Translations under genes and position numbers: made by a program
Assembly (NCBI GenBank): GCA_937625935.1
Contig: OW569344.1
Coordinates: forward strand, 558,001-622,000
DNA: 64,000 nucleotides
Direction of reading: 5' to 3'
Source: Tetramitus jugosus
Taxonomy: Eukaryota; Protista; Heterolobosea
Part shown: in pieces, positions 54,164 to 63,022 of the stretch
How positions within the stretch are numbered: position 1 is the first letter of the stretch
Layout: each line of letters starts with the position of its first letter
The notes under the pieces: generated by a model
What the model was told of the DNA's origin: nothing
The model's database searches: none
Seen by the model: only the letters and a program-made list of their open reading frames with translations

Positions 54164-55528
54164 TTATTGAGGTAGATTGACACCTGCTGCATCAAACAAT
54201 TGTCTATTGTACGTCATGACAGTATTCTCCAATTGGGCATACTGAGCTTGAATATTCAATAGATATTGCATGTGCTTTCTCTTCTCTTGTTCAATTCGAG
54301 CTCTCATCTCTGCAGCAATTCTTTCATTAGCTTGAATTTGCTTCATGACACTGTCATTGTTCTCATCTATTGCTGATTTGGCTCTCTTGGCATCATTGAG
54401 CATCTGAAGACAGTGTCGCTTCTTCGCTTCGTGCTCCTTGTTCATTCTCTCAAACTTTTCGTTCATGGTAATGATTTGTCTGTTCAAATGCTTTTCCTTG
54501 CTTTGCAAGTCAGCGCACTCATCCTGCTTCTCTCCAATGTCAACTCTCTTTTGCTTTGACATCAGTTTTAATTCTTGAAATCTTTGCTTCTCCTTCTCAT
54601 ACTCTTGCAGTGTTTTAATTGCCTTGTCTGTTCCTTCAGCTACTCTCTTGATCGAGTCTAATTGAGTCTTACAATCTTGAGATTTCACTTGAGCCATTGA
54701 CACATCAGTTTTGGCAGAGATTACCTCTGATCTCAACTCCTCAATTCTCTGTCTCAATTGTTCTGGATTATGAACGATTTGATCCCTCAATTGTGAACAC
54801 TCGGCTTGCAATTGATTCAATTGCTGAGTATCAGATTCAATCTTTCTTACATTGTCCATGTGACCTTGTTTCAACTGTTTTCTCTGATTGACAAGTTCAG
54901 TCTGTGTCAAGTGCATACTTTGAATTCTCTTGGCTAATTCTCTCGTCTCATTGTCGAGAGCTTGGATGGCAGGCTCTTCCTTTTGTTGCAATTCAACATA
55001 TTGCTTCAATTGTTCGACATTAGAGTTGAACTCTTCTTCAATATGGTTCTTTTGTTGAGCCAATTGATCGACTTGAGCTACCATGTCTTGATACTTCTTC
55101 AACTCAGTTTCTCTGAATCGAGCAAAGTTGACAACACCACATAGGATGATGTGAAATCTTCTTCCAGTAGGATTCAACAAATCGTTCAGACTAAAATCTG
55201 AGATGCCAGCTGCTTCCATCATCAATCTGGTGTGTCTGAAAATGTCCATCTCAATCACTCCTTGTTCATAACAGTCAATGGGATGAGAAAAGAGATCTGA
55301 TGGGCAATCTTGCAGAAAGTTACTTCGTTCAATCGTATCCAAAGACTTATCGAGCATAATATCAATGATTGCAAGCATGGCTTTTCTCACGTCCATGCTT
55401 GTTGGGTTCTTCAATTGAGCAGAAGAGAGGGGAATGTGTAACTCCTTGATGCATTCGATCAGTTCTTGGTCGTCAAGAATCTTGAAGCCATATTTGTTAG
55501 CTGCAGTAGTATTCAGTCTGTTGCTCAT
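54164..55528 (-). CDS. NUF2: Kinetochore Ndc80-complex subunit Nuf2
   Basis: FKILDDQELIECI...QLKNPT, GISDFSLNDLLNPTGRRFHIILCGVVNFARFRE, then coiled coil with QIVHNPEQL. Confidence 0.92.
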   Translation of the reverse strand: MSNRLNTTAANKYGFKILDDQELIECIKELHIPLSSAQLKNPTSMDVRKAMLAIIDIMLDKSLDTIERSNFLQDCPSDLFSHPIDCYEQGVIEMDIFRHTRLMMEAAGISDFSLNDLLNPTGRRFHIILCGVVNFARFRETELKKYQDMVAQVDQLAQQKNHIEEEFNSNVEQLKQYVELQQKEEPAIQALDNETRELAKRIQSMHLTQTELVNQRKQLKQGHMDNVRKIESDTQQLNQLQAECSQLRDQIVHNPEQLRQRIEELRSEVISAKTDVSMAQVKSQDCKTQLDSIKRVAEGTDKAIKTLQEYEKEKQRFQELKLMSKQKRVDIGEKQDECADLQSKEKHLNRQIITMNEKFERMNKEHEAKKRHCLQMLNDAKRAKSAIDENNDSVMKQIQANERIAAEMRARIEQEKRKHMQYLLNIQAQYAQLENTVMTYNRQLFDAAGVNLPQ

Positions 55529-55591
55529 TATGATTATGTTTGTTTGTCTGCTCTCCCAGATATTCACAAAGCACAAAAACAATAACGGTAA

Positions 55592-55607
55592 ATTTTGGCG
55601 CCAAAAT
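55592..55607. promoter_or_regulatory. Perfect 16-bp palindrome ATTTTGGCGCCAAAAT (E2F-like site) upstream of NUF2
   Basis: Lies 64-79 bp upstream of the NUF2 ATG; matches TTTSSCGC on both strands. Confidence 0.55.
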
Positions 55608-55614
55608 GGAAAAA

Positions 55615-55628
55615 ACGTTTTCAGCTGA
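55615..55628 (+). repeat. Target-site duplication, left copy (ACGTTTTCAGCTGA)
   Basis: Identical to 56956-56969. Confidence 0.9.
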
Positions 55629-56955
55629 TTTTTTTTTTTTATTTTTTTTTTTCCATACAACCATGTGTGCTTGCGCAGCAAGCACACGATTGCTCATTTA
55701 TTGACTTGTTTTGTGAGTGACGACCCGTAGGGCGTCATTCACTCTTCTTCTCTTGTTGTCCCCGACGGTGCACCTACAGGTTGGAAGAATCACTCTGGTG
55801 AGTGTTTTGGTTGATGCCCTTCATCAAAGACCGTAACCTTGTAGTAGGACCGTCGATGGACACAGAGCCATCTGTTGTTGTTTTCTTGTTTTGGGCCTTG
55901 TTGCTCATCAGATCACCCAGTGTGATCCTAGCACTCCTCTTCTTGTTGTCATTGAGTTGTGGACTCTGAATCTCCTTTTCGGAGTCATCGTCCACATCCA
56001 CAATGACTGGTTCGTCCTCAGTCAAACCATACCTTTTGCGAGCAGCAGCCAGCGCCAATGCAGCAATTTCCTTTTTCACTCTGGCGAACACTGGAGAAGT
56101 GGCATTCACTTGCTCCAGAATTTGCCGGTTCTCAGCACTGAGCTGTACAACAGGCACTGATGGCAGTGGTGTTGCTACAGTCCTCTGTTCTTCTGCCTCC
56201 ACTAGCTCAGGAGTCTCCATCCTAGCAATGGCTTGGGCAACTTCTTGTTCCGGCATTGGAACCGGTTTGTTGCCCCCTTGACCCTTTGTCTTTGCCAATT
56301 CCTTGGTGAGTTCTGTGACCTGTCGACGCAGTCCGTCAACCACCGTCAGCAGCTCCTCGTACATCTTCGTCAACCTCTTGTTGACAGCCTTGAGAGGATC
56401 ATGTGGTCTCTCGACGTATCGAGTGACCGTGGCCTTGACCTTGCTCTCTCCGCTGAGCACTGCCCGTGCATAGGTTTCATCACCCATGACCACGAAAGCA
56501 GTGTCACGCTTCTTGAGCACACTGGCAACCTTCTCAGGTCCCAGTAGCTTCTTGATGTCGTCCACTGACATGTTCTTCATGCCATGGACGACCACCTTTC
56601 TTGTGCAATCAACACTGCGCTTGGGTGCAGCAGTGCTGTTGCCAATCCTCCTCTGTTTGTTGAATAGCTCAACAAAGTCATAGATGCGGTCACCCTTGAC
56701 CGTCACCCATGCAACAAAGCGTTGCTGGCCTTTCCTCTTGATGACCTGGACTCGGTTGAGCCAGTCACCAAACTCCTCTCCGATCTTTCTTGCCAAAGAT
56801 GACTGAGAGACACCATTACCGTTGCCAGTAATGACGACCTCTCTGTCACTTGGCGCAGAGCCTTTCCGTGCAGTGGTCCACACTGCATAACGGCTGTTGC
56901 CGTATTCCTTCACCAAATTTGTTGAATCACCAGACATGTGATTCCGTTTTTTTCT
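55629..56955 (-). mobile_element. Poly(A)-tailed non-LTR-type retro-insertion carrying only an ORF1-like gene, upstream of tRNA-Asn
   Basis: Direct repeat ACGTTTTCAGCTGA at 55615-55628 and 56956-56969; T12-A-T11 tract at 55629-55652 (minus-strand poly(A)) abutting the left copy; interior more GC-rich than neighbours. Confidence 0.85.
55774..56937 (-). CDS. Element-encoded ORF1-like protein (two RRM-like folds plus coiled coil)
   Basis: 387 aa, intact; REVVITG/RFVAWVTV and RKVVVHGM/TAFVVMGD resemble RNP2/RNP1 strands; heptads LTKMYEELLTVVDGLRRQVTELTKEL. Confidence 0.7.
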   Translation of the reverse strand: MSGDSTNLVKEYGNSRYAVWTTARKGSAPSDREVVITGNGNGVSQSSLARKIGEEFGDWLNRVQVIKRKGQQRFVAWVTVKGDRIYDFVELFNKQRRIGNSTAAPKRSVDCTRKVVVHGMKNMSVDDIKKLLGPEKVASVLKKRDTAFVVMGDETYARAVLSGESKVKATVTRYVERPHDPLKAVNKRLTKMYEELLTVVDGLRRQVTELTKELAKTKGQGGNKPVPMPEQEVAQAIARMETPELVEAEEQRTVATPLPSVPVVQLSAENRQILEQVNATSPVFARVKKEIAALALAAARKRYGLTEDEPVIVDVDDDSEKEIQSPQLNDNKKRSARITLGDLMSNKAQNKKTTTDGSVSIDGPTTRLRSLMKGINQNTHQSDSSNL

Positions 56956-56969
56956 ACGTTTTCAGCTGA
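56956..56969 (+). repeat. Target-site duplication, right copy (ACGTTTTCAGCTGA)
   Basis: Identical to 55615-55628. Confidence 0.9.
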
Positions 56970-56997
56970 AAAAGGTATGTCGGAGATTCTATATATA

Positions 56998-57070
56998 TCC
57001 TCCATGGCTCAGTTGGTAGAGCGTCAGGCTGTTAACCTGCAGGTCGTTGGTTCGAGCCCAACTGGAGGAG
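56998..57070 (+). tRNA. tRNA-Asn (GTT)
   Basis: Acceptor TCCTCCA/TGGAGGA, D-arm GCTC/GAGC, anticodon loop CTGTTAA, T-arm GTTGG-TTCGAGC-CCAAC, discriminator G; upstream TATATA and downstream T5. Confidence 0.96.
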
Positions 57071-57076
57071 AACACC

Positions 57077-57081
57077 TTTTT
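57077..57081 (+). terminator. Pol III oligo(T) terminator of tRNA-Asn
   Basis: TTTTT 6 nt after the tRNA 3' end. Confidence 0.7.
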
Positions 57082-57114
57082 CATTCTTCAAGCCAGCCGA
57101 AACACAAAAATTGA

Positions 57115-57732
57115 ATGCAGCCGAACGATCATACCAAGGACGTGATCTCCAACGATGAACTTTTGTTTGAGACAAGCAGGAGACGTCTTGCCATTCTTCA
57201 ACAACAGATTTCACTGAGTAACACGCTGCAACAACAAGACGATCACAACAGCAATGCCTCTGCTGTCGTATTGGACTCTTCACAGCTGGTGCTTCGCACA
57301 TTGGAACCTGATGACTATCACAAGGGTTATTTACAACTATTGTCGCAATTGACCAACGTTGGAGAGGTTGATCAAAACATGTTTGAACAGCGGTTCAATC
57401 AAATTCGACAATTGTACGGCAAAGACACTTGTTTCTTGTTTGTGATTGAGGATCGAACAAGGAGACGCATCGTAGCTTGTGCCACATTGCTCATAGAGCT
57501 AAAATTTTTGCATCAATGCAGCTCGGTTGCCCATGTGGAGGATGTGGTTGTTGATCGCGCGTATCGCGGCTACAGATTGGGTCAGAGATTAATGGATGCT
57601 TGTAAGCAAAAGGCGCAAGAACATAATTGCTACAAGATTATTCTGGATTGTTCGGAGGATGTGGCGCCGTTTTATGAGTCATGTGGCTTTGAACAGAAGG
57701 GATATCAAATGAGAATGGACTTGCCTCATTGA
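57115..57732 (+). CDS. GNA1: Glucosamine-6-phosphate N-acetyltransferase
   Basis: LRTLEPDDYHKGYLQLLSQLTNVG, ATLLIELKFLH, HVEDVVV...RGYRLG, CYKIILDC, FYESCGF. Confidence 0.95.
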   Translation: MQPNDHTKDVISNDELLFETSRRRLAILQQQISLSNTLQQQDDHNSNASAVVLDSSQLVLRTLEPDDYHKGYLQLLSQLTNVGEVDQNMFEQRFNQIRQLYGKDTCFLFVIEDRTRRRIVACATLLIELKFLHQCSSVAHVEDVVVDRAYRGYRLGQRLMDACKQKAQEHNCYKIILDCSEDVAPFYESCGFEQKGYQMRMDLPH

Positions 57733-58072
57733 TGAAAAGCTGTTCAACCACTTACAATTTGTAAATAATGTAAATATTCTGGGACAACCACTAAAATCTC
57801 GCATGACATTACAACCGCACAAATCATCGAGATGATGTGTTAGCGCTAATTGATGGATGCCTCATTTCCATTCTCGTGCACATGAATACCATTTTCTCGG
57901 AATCTAGATCGGCTTTGAAAGCAAAAAATAACTTCTGGCCTTATTTTTTGCTGCTCGCAGTGATTGATGTGAAAACATTGGTCTCGTTCTACCAATTCAG
58001 TGATCCAGCCACCAAGTATTCTCTGTGCCTGGTTCAAAAAAACATCTCAACTTTGCACAACTAACAATATCA

Positions 58073-60217
58073 ATGTTGGATGTCAACTCTACCATGACAT
58101 CAACAACACTAACATCCATAACAACAGCGACAACAACTACGGCAACGAACCTTCATTATTGGCTCGTTCGTTCGTGGCCAGACGATCTTACAGATCGATC
58201 TGCGTGGAAATACTATGTGATTCATCTTTCACTGCTCGCCTCTCTCCCACTTGTCGTCTATATGGCTCTCTACAGTTGTGCCATGTGTTTCTATTGTCGT
58301 AGGTTCTGTTGTTTTCGTAATCGCAAATTATTTAGATGGGGCAAGCGAAGATCCATTTACTATTCCATTCTCAACAACAATAATACGGCTGTACTGGATG
58401 AAATGAAAGGGTTCCCGCCCAGTAAGAAATCTCTTGTATTGAATTGTATATTTTTGGTGTGTGTTGTGGCTTTGGCCACGATGCTTATTTTCAGTGCAGT
58501 TTCGTATCATGCTCGGTGGAGAGTCGTTGTGGAGTCTTCGGATCGTACGTTGCACATGGTTGATGAACGAGTGAACAAATTGAATGGGTTACTTGGATCA
58601 GAGCTCGAACAATCCGTGACAGATGCCTTCAAACAGATTGAAGATGCAAAGAATGACATGTATGTGTTCATTGATGGTGTGAGTGACATTTCCCAACGCG
58701 TTCATGATGTTCTAGGTCATTTGGAACAGACCTATGGTTTTATTAAGAATTCGAACCAACAAATCGATTTCAAAGTGAAGAAGCAAGTCATGGAAATGAG
58801 AAGAGATGCACGGTTCAAACACCCTCCAAATTACAACATTTCGAATCTGTCTGTTGATATTGATGAGATGAATGATGCTTATATGATCATGAGAAACATC
58901 CATAACAAGATTCAGAACGATCAACATTCATTGCTCATGCTCAAAGTGTCACTCAACGGATACATTTATGATTATCATCGAAAAATTGAAGACAAGGCGT
59001 CATCTGTCAGAGATAATGCGCATCCGATAATGGCGAAAGTCAATACCTATCTGAATACTACCCATTCAATCGCTGGAAGTGCCTTCAAATATATCAACAT
59101 TGCAAATCGGTCCTATTTATCGATTGTAGTCATACTGAGTGCCATTTCGCTGCTCGTGGCTCTGGTCGCATTCATTGGCATGAATGTTCAATCGTTCCAA
59201 AGCACTCAAAAGTTATCAAGAACAAAAATTCTGATACTGTTGGTCACTCTATTGTCATCTCTGTTTTTGGTAGGTGTGGCTACATTTCAACTCGTATCCT
59301 ATGTAGTGTTTGATGATTTATGTCGAGTTGAACTGAAGAGACTAGAGAGAGGGCGAGTTTCCTCCTCTCTCAATCAGGTACACTCGACTTCCCAAACAAC
59401 AGCAGAAAATGAACCAGTTGATCTACTCTATCTATTCAATCGAGTAACGACATGCTCCGGAAATCAAACTATTCTGGACGCTCTACCTGGTATATCACTC
59501 GATCAATTTAATGTTTCTCATATTACAGGGCACATGCAAGACGCTCTGGAGTTCTTCTTTGAGAAGTTTGATATCCATAGAGCGATTGCAAGTTATGAAG
59601 TCAAGTTCACTCAATTCAATCAGTACATCTCACGAGTCAACTTGGGTAATGGAAACAGAAGATTTGCTAATGTTATGAACCACATGCAAATGCTGGAACT
59701 ACAAATGAAGTCAATGGTGAACACGGAAGTAATGGAACGGCGCGTGCAAGATATCAAGGACACTGTTCAATCGATCGTGAAGAACATGACACTGGCAAAC
59801 AATGATCTAGCAAGAATAGTCAACTCACACGCACAACAAGCAAGTCAATCAATATCCGGCATACCAAAGCAGCTCTACGGCGTGAAGGATGCATGTGAAG
59901 ACGCGCTGCACTTTTGCAATGGCCGAATGGAGTACCTGATGGCTACTGTGCTGTCTTGTACTGAGTGTGCGTACATGGGAGCTTACTACTCGACAATCGA
60001 GGGAAGTGTATGTCAACAGAGCAAATTCTCCTTGCTTGGCATGCTACCCAGCTATTTCATGTCGTTCTTGTTGATTGTATTCTTGCTGTCCATTCCACTC
60101 AAGGTTTATCACCTCAAATCGGACCACAACAGACATCGTCTATTGAGTGAGCCAACAACAAGTACGAATGGACCTAAGCGGAGAAGCTCGATAATCTACT
60201 ATTCAAGTTGTGCATAA
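58073..60217 (+). CDS. Five-TM protein with large extracellular helical loops (prominin/tweety-like)
   Basis: TM1 followed by Cys-rich CAMCFYCRRFCC, TM2, long loop, TM3-4, DDLC, second long loop with C..Y......C before TM5. Confidence 0.6.
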   Translation: MLDVNSTMTSTTLTSITTATTTTATNLHYWLVRSWPDDLTDRSAWKYYVIHLSLLASLPLVVYMALYSCAMCFYCRRFCCFRNRKLFRWGKRRSIYYSILNNNNTAVLDEMKGFPPSKKSLVLNCIFLVCVVALATMLIFSAVSYHARWRVVVESSDRTLHMVDERVNKLNGLLGSELEQSVTDAFKQIEDAKNDMYVFIDGVSDISQRVHDVLGHLEQTYGFIKNSNQQIDFKVKKQVMEMRRDARFKHPPNYNISNLSVDIDEMNDAYMIMRNIHNKIQNDQHSLLMLKVSLNGYIYDYHRKIEDKASSVRDNAHPIMAKVNTYLNTTHSIAGSAFKYINIANRSYLSIVVILSAISLLVALVAFIGMNVQSFQSTQKLSRTKILILLVTLLSSLFLVGVATFQLVSYVVFDDLCRVELKRLERGRVSSSLNQVHSTSQTTAENEPVDLLYLFNRVTTCSGNQTILDALPGISLDQFNVSHITGHMQDALEFFFEKFDIHRAIASYEVKFTQFNQYISRVNLGNGNRRFANVMNHMQMLELQMKSMVNTEVMERRVQDIKDTVQSIVKNMTLANNDLARIVNSHAQQASQSISGIPKQLYGVKDACEDALHFCNGRMEYLMATVLSCTECAYMGAYYSTIEGSVCQQSKFSLLGMLPSYFMSFLLIVFLLSIPLKVYHLKSDHNRHRLLSEPTTSTNGPKRRSSIIYYSSCA

Positions 60218-60315
60218 AAGAACGACAGTAATAAACACAATGAATAAATTTAATGTATACGATCGTCGTTTGAACTTGATGTGACACACATCCTGATATA
60301 AAATTACAAGCTAAC

Positions 60316-62496
60316 CTAGAAGGTAGTTTTGTAAGAGACAGCCAGTTGAACATTCAAATCTCTCAAGTTCTTCTCCAAACCAGCCTTCTCAACTCTATTC
60401 TTCTCAATGTGTTCTTCAAGCATGGCATACTTGCGTCTCAAGTTGTTCTCTGATTCTCTCAATTGGTTCACCTCTCTGTCCAACTTTTCAGTACTTCTCT
60501 CCTCTGATTCCATCTTTTTCAACAATCTCTCAAACTCTCTCTGCAATCGCTTCTCATTTCTCTTCTTGGTAGAAACAGAGTCGTACAACTCGTCATTCTC
60601 CCTGTTCAACTTTGCCAACTCAAGCTCCAAATCGTGCTTCTCCTTTGCCAATTGACTTGCAGTCTTTGTTTCCTGATCGACAGTCTCATTCAACTCGTTG
60701 AGTTGTTGCTTTAGTCTTTGAACCTTTGTGTCCAATAAATCTCTGACTTCATTGTCAGCTTCGACACGCTTGTTCAAATTGTCAATCTCAGTCTTGAGAA
60801 TACGATTCTTGCTGTCCATTCTTCTGTTGTCTTCAGTCAAGTCATCCAATTGACTGTTCATGTTGTCCTTTTCCAATCTGAGATCGTTCAAAGCAGTTTC
60901 AAGAGTTGCCTTTCTCTTCTTTTCACTCTCATGGAATCCCTTGACGTGATCAAGCTCAAGTTGAACCTGTTGTACTTCAAACTCTGCAGTTTGAACTGTT
61001 TGCTTCAAATTGTCCAAGTCCAACTTGAGTTGATTGAGCTCTTCTCTCGAAGCGTCGGTGCTGTTCTTGGCGGCAATTGTTTCGGAAATTGAACCTTCCA
61101 AATCATTCTTGACTTGTTCAATTTGCTTTTCGAGTTTTTGGTTGACTCGTTCGAGCACTTCCTTTTCTTCTTGTTCTTCTCTCAATGAGTCCTTCAATCG
61201 TCTCAACTCGTACTCGATTTGATGAGCCTTGTGTTGACCAGAGCTCTCATTCTCTTCTTGCAATTGCTGTTCGTGCCTCCTTCTCTTCTCCAACTCTTCC
61301 AATTCGATGCGCAATTGATGCGCAGATCGTTCATGTTCCTTGCACTCGGACAGTGCAGATTGATACTTTGATTTCTCGGATTGAGAGGTGTGAAGAGTTC
61401 GTTCAAAGTCGTCTTCAACCGTTTGTAGTCTAGCGTAAGCTTCCTTGAGCAATTGCTTCAATTGACTAGTGTTTTGTCCACGGGTAACAGGTCTCTTATA
61501 TACATCTCCACTTTCATCATCATCACTCTCACTTTCACTACTGCTGCTATAGTGTGCTGGTGCTTGTTTCTTGTTGTTGCTTCTTGTGTTGTTGTCTTTT
61601 TCTTCTTGTTCTTCTTCATCGTTGCTCTTGTTTGAACGCTTGCCAAACAGTGAATCAACAACGGTATCCACAACAGTTTCAACAATGTTTTTGGTTGTTT
61701 CCTCTTGTTCTTCTTGTTCTTGTTGTTGTTCGACTGGTGATGAATCATCTGATGATGACGATTCTTCAACAACAACAACTACTACTTCTTCTTCTTCTGC
61801 TTCATTGGTTTGTACCTCTTGTTCTTCTTCACTTGCAGCTTCCAAATTGACTGATTCTTCTACTTGTTGAACTTCTTCTTCAACAGCAATGATATCGTCT
61901 TGTTCGACAGGAGTGATTGGAGTAGTGATACTCTGATCAGCTTCTGTTTCTTGTGTAGTTGTTGATGATTCTGATGATTCGCTGACTGTTGGCTGTTGTT
62001 CTTCTTCTTCTTGTGGTTGTTGTGGTTGTTGTGGTTGCTCAACAACAACAGTATTGGATTCGGTTAAAGGAGCAGTTTCAGTCGTAGTAGTAGTAGCAGG
62101 TGCAACGGGAGTAGTAGCTTTCGATGCATCTCCCTTTATTGCAGTAAAGTGCTTCATGACACTGTTCAAGAACATGATCAACACTTTTTCATCAAAATCG
62201 TCACCTGCACTAAAATCCTCCACGTCCAACAATCTTTCAATTCCCGATTGTTCAGCAGTGTCCAACGCCCACTTGATTCTCTCTTCTCTGTTCATTGTGT
62301 TGACAATATCAGATGATGACCAATCATTTGTTGATGTTGCTGATAATGTAGTTTGACTGTGAATCAGTGCAGCAATGGCCAATCCGTCACTCGTGAAACT
62401 TGCGTTGAAATTTTCGACTGAAATGTTGTATGGTTCAGCGGATGTGATTGATTTGATCCATTTGGCAATGGCTTGTTTTTGTCTCTTTGTTGCCAT
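60316..62496 (-). CDS. Calponin-homology domain plus long coiled-coil (cytoskeletal) protein
   Basis: CH motif VENFNASFTSDGLAIAALIH...ALDTAEQSGIERLLDVEDF...DEKVLIMFL; acidic linker; myosin-tail-like coiled coil. Confidence 0.85.
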   Translation of the reverse strand: MATKRQKQAIAKWIKSITSAEPYNISVENFNASFTSDGLAIAALIHSQTTLSATSTNDWSSSDIVNTMNREERIKWALDTAEQSGIERLLDVEDFSAGDDFDEKVLIMFLNSVMKHFTAIKGDASKATTPVAPATTTTTETAPLTESNTVVVEQPQQPQQPQEEEEQQPTVSESSESSTTTQETEADQSITTPITPVEQDDIIAVEEEVQQVEESVNLEAASEEEQEVQTNEAEEEEVVVVVVEESSSSDDSSPVEQQQEQEEQEETTKNIVETVVDTVVDSLFGKRSNKSNDEEEQEEKDNNTRSNNKKQAPAHYSSSSESESDDDESGDVYKRPVTRGQNTSQLKQLLKEAYARLQTVEDDFERTLHTSQSEKSKYQSALSECKEHERSAHQLRIELEELEKRRRHEQQLQEENESSGQHKAHQIEYELRRLKDSLREEQEEKEVLERVNQKLEKQIEQVKNDLEGSISETIAAKNSTDASREELNQLKLDLDNLKQTVQTAEFEVQQVQLELDHVKGFHESEKKRKATLETALNDLRLEKDNMNSQLDDLTEDNRRMDSKNRILKTEIDNLNKRVEADNEVRDLLDTKVQRLKQQLNELNETVDQETKTASQLAKEKHDLELELAKLNRENDELYDSVSTKKRNEKRLQREFERLLKKMESEERSTEKLDREVNQLRESENNLRRKYAMLEEHIEKNRVEKAGLEKNLRDLNVQLAVSYKTTF

Positions 62497-63022
62497 GTTG
62501 TTGATATTTTGTTATTGTTGTTTGTTATTGTTTGTTAATATAGATGGATATATTAGAGTCCGGTTGGTTGGTTGATGGAGGAAAGAAATGAATAGGTGGA
62601 TATGTGACAGTACAGAGCAGCAATCGTTGTTGTGAATTAAAAAAAACAAAGAGTGTTGTTTTGTGTGGTGTGCTGCTTTGTGTTTTACGGAATTGTTTTT
62701 TGTTGCCCTCTCAAACCTGTGACACCATGTTATTTTCTCTATGAGCGGATGTCAAGTGTCAATGCTGAAACTGGTTTTGATGTTTGATGTGAATGACAAC
62801 CAGTCGACTACAATGATTCGAACAAGAGTCGGACTACTTTTTTGGCGCCAAAGTGTTCACCCAAGAACTCTTGTTGTATTGTAGCAATGAAATTCTTATC
62901 TCAAGTTCTTCAAATGTGATGTGAGTACACTCACATGAAGTCTCAACATTTGATCGGAAAATAGTCCTGGCGCTGAGGGATTCAACTTTGATTTGAACTC
63001 CATTGTTGTTAAGGGAAACAAG

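Noticed and set aside
55629-57070. Interpretation as a tRNA-derived SINE or LTR element
   Set aside because: The tRNA lies outside the TSD and on the opposite strand; there are no LTRs, TIRs or primer-binding site
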